This document shows, piece after piece, positions 63,524 to 64,000 of a DNA stretch of 64,000 nt. The stretch's first letter is position 1; each line of letters starts with the position of its first letter. The DNA lies in the NCBI GenBank assembly GCA_964631205.1, contig CAZVWU010000002.1, forward strand, positions 69,031 to 133,030. Reading direction: 5' to 3'. The stretch is from an uncultured archaeon. Lineage in GTDB: Archaea > Aenigmatarchaeota > Aenigmatarchaeia > QMZP01 > JACQNV01. The notes beneath the pieces are model-generated. The model ran no database searches. It saw only the letters and a program-made list of their open reading frames with translations, and was not told the DNA's origin. The position numbers were made by a program, and so were the translations under genes.

Positions 63524-63587
63524 TGCTGCACAGCCAGGAGAAGCCGAGCCGACGGCGGAGAAGCAACGCGCGGGGTCAATTTGTTCC

Positions 63588-63766
63588 CACGAGTTCTCAT
63601 TTAATTTATCATCTAGAGTATAGACTACTCTAATCAAATTCCGCCATCAAAACTGAAATAAATTGTTGCTGCAATCTTTCAGTTAATGGTCTTTCTACTA
63701 ATAACCTGACACTATAAGTCCATTCAGTTAAACAGTAGTAAAAAGAAGATAAGAGAACTTGCGGCA
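63588..63766 (-). other. second ~180-nt insertion (intron or expansion) in 23S rRNA, H89-equivalent region
   Basis: Interrupts GCGAAAGUUCC / GGAACAAAUUGACCCCGC. Closed by AGUUCUC/GAGAACU (63753-63759 with 63592-63598) and GUUCC/GGAAC (63767-63771 with 63583-63587). Confidence 0.6.
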
Positions 63767-64000
63767 GGAACTTTCGCCCGCCACGACTCCATTACCCCCG
63801 AGATAGCTTTTCTGTTAAACCTAGCCCCCAGTAATGAGGACATAAGGGATCGCTAAGCCGCACTTTCGTGTTAGGATCTCTTACTGGCAAAGATCCTATC
63901 AAGCCTGCTTTTGCCTTTACACTCTTTTCCGGATTTCTGACCCGGATGAGCAGACCTTAGGGCGCTTTCGATGCTTTGTCGAAAGCGTACCGCTTGCTGG

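Larger units (their letters stand above)
62990..64000 (-). rRNA. 23S rRNA, 3' third (about E. coli 2240-2904 equivalent), continuing past the window edge; contains two insertions
   Basis: Reverse complement contains GCUGAAAGCAUCUAAGCGCG, AGUACGAAAGGAAC (sarcin-ricin loop), GUUCACCCAUC...AGCUGGGUU and GUCGGCUC. The 3' end was placed by alignment from memory to the E. coli 3' terminus. Confidence 0.9.

Overview
AT-rich, densely coded archaeal chromosome segment: about 70 protein genes, ending inside a 23S rRNA gene on the minus strand. The gene set and rRNA insertions suggest an uncultivated small-genome (DPANN-like) archaeon; that placement is inference only. Content: (1) 0-17 kb is a surface-glycan/N-glycosylation island with sugar-nucleotide enzymes, GT2, GT4, a GlcNAc-1-P-transferase-like enzyme, AglB/STT3 (WWDPG), four more GT-C-like polytopic proteins and a methyltransferase. 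(2) Informational genes: family-B DNA polymerase, Orc1/Cdc6, a histidine-free DP1/B-subunit-like protein, Hjc, RpoL, TFS, L10e, NAC, SecF/SecD, Sec61beta, signal peptidase and Dph2. (3) Gluconeogenic genes: FBP aldolase/phosphatase, TIM and PEP synthase. (4) Isoprenoid genes: HMG-CoA reductase, geranylgeranyl reductase and isopentenyl phosphate kinase. A 53.8-61.7 kb cluster adds a mevalonate-PP decarboxylase homolog, type-1 IDI, two tandem mevalonate-kinase paralogs, a PMK-like kinase, two HAD-fold proteins and a TrmB regulator. Non-coding highlights: two ORB-flanked AT-rich origin-like loci (28.9-29.1 kb next to orc1/cdc6, and 21.4-21.7 kb). A 15-nt palindrome TATAACAnTGTTATA occurs seven times, always intergenic. 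A ~100-nt multi-hairpin RNA module has one copy inserted in 23S rRNA, one just past its 3' end and one in a protein-gene 3' region. There is a second ~180-nt insertion in 23S, and a ~600-nt ORF-poor stretch with RNase P RNA-like motifs. Five genes carry single-nucleotide frameshifts, four of them in homopolymer runs including a G11 tract. No CRISPR array, transposase or tRNA was recognised.
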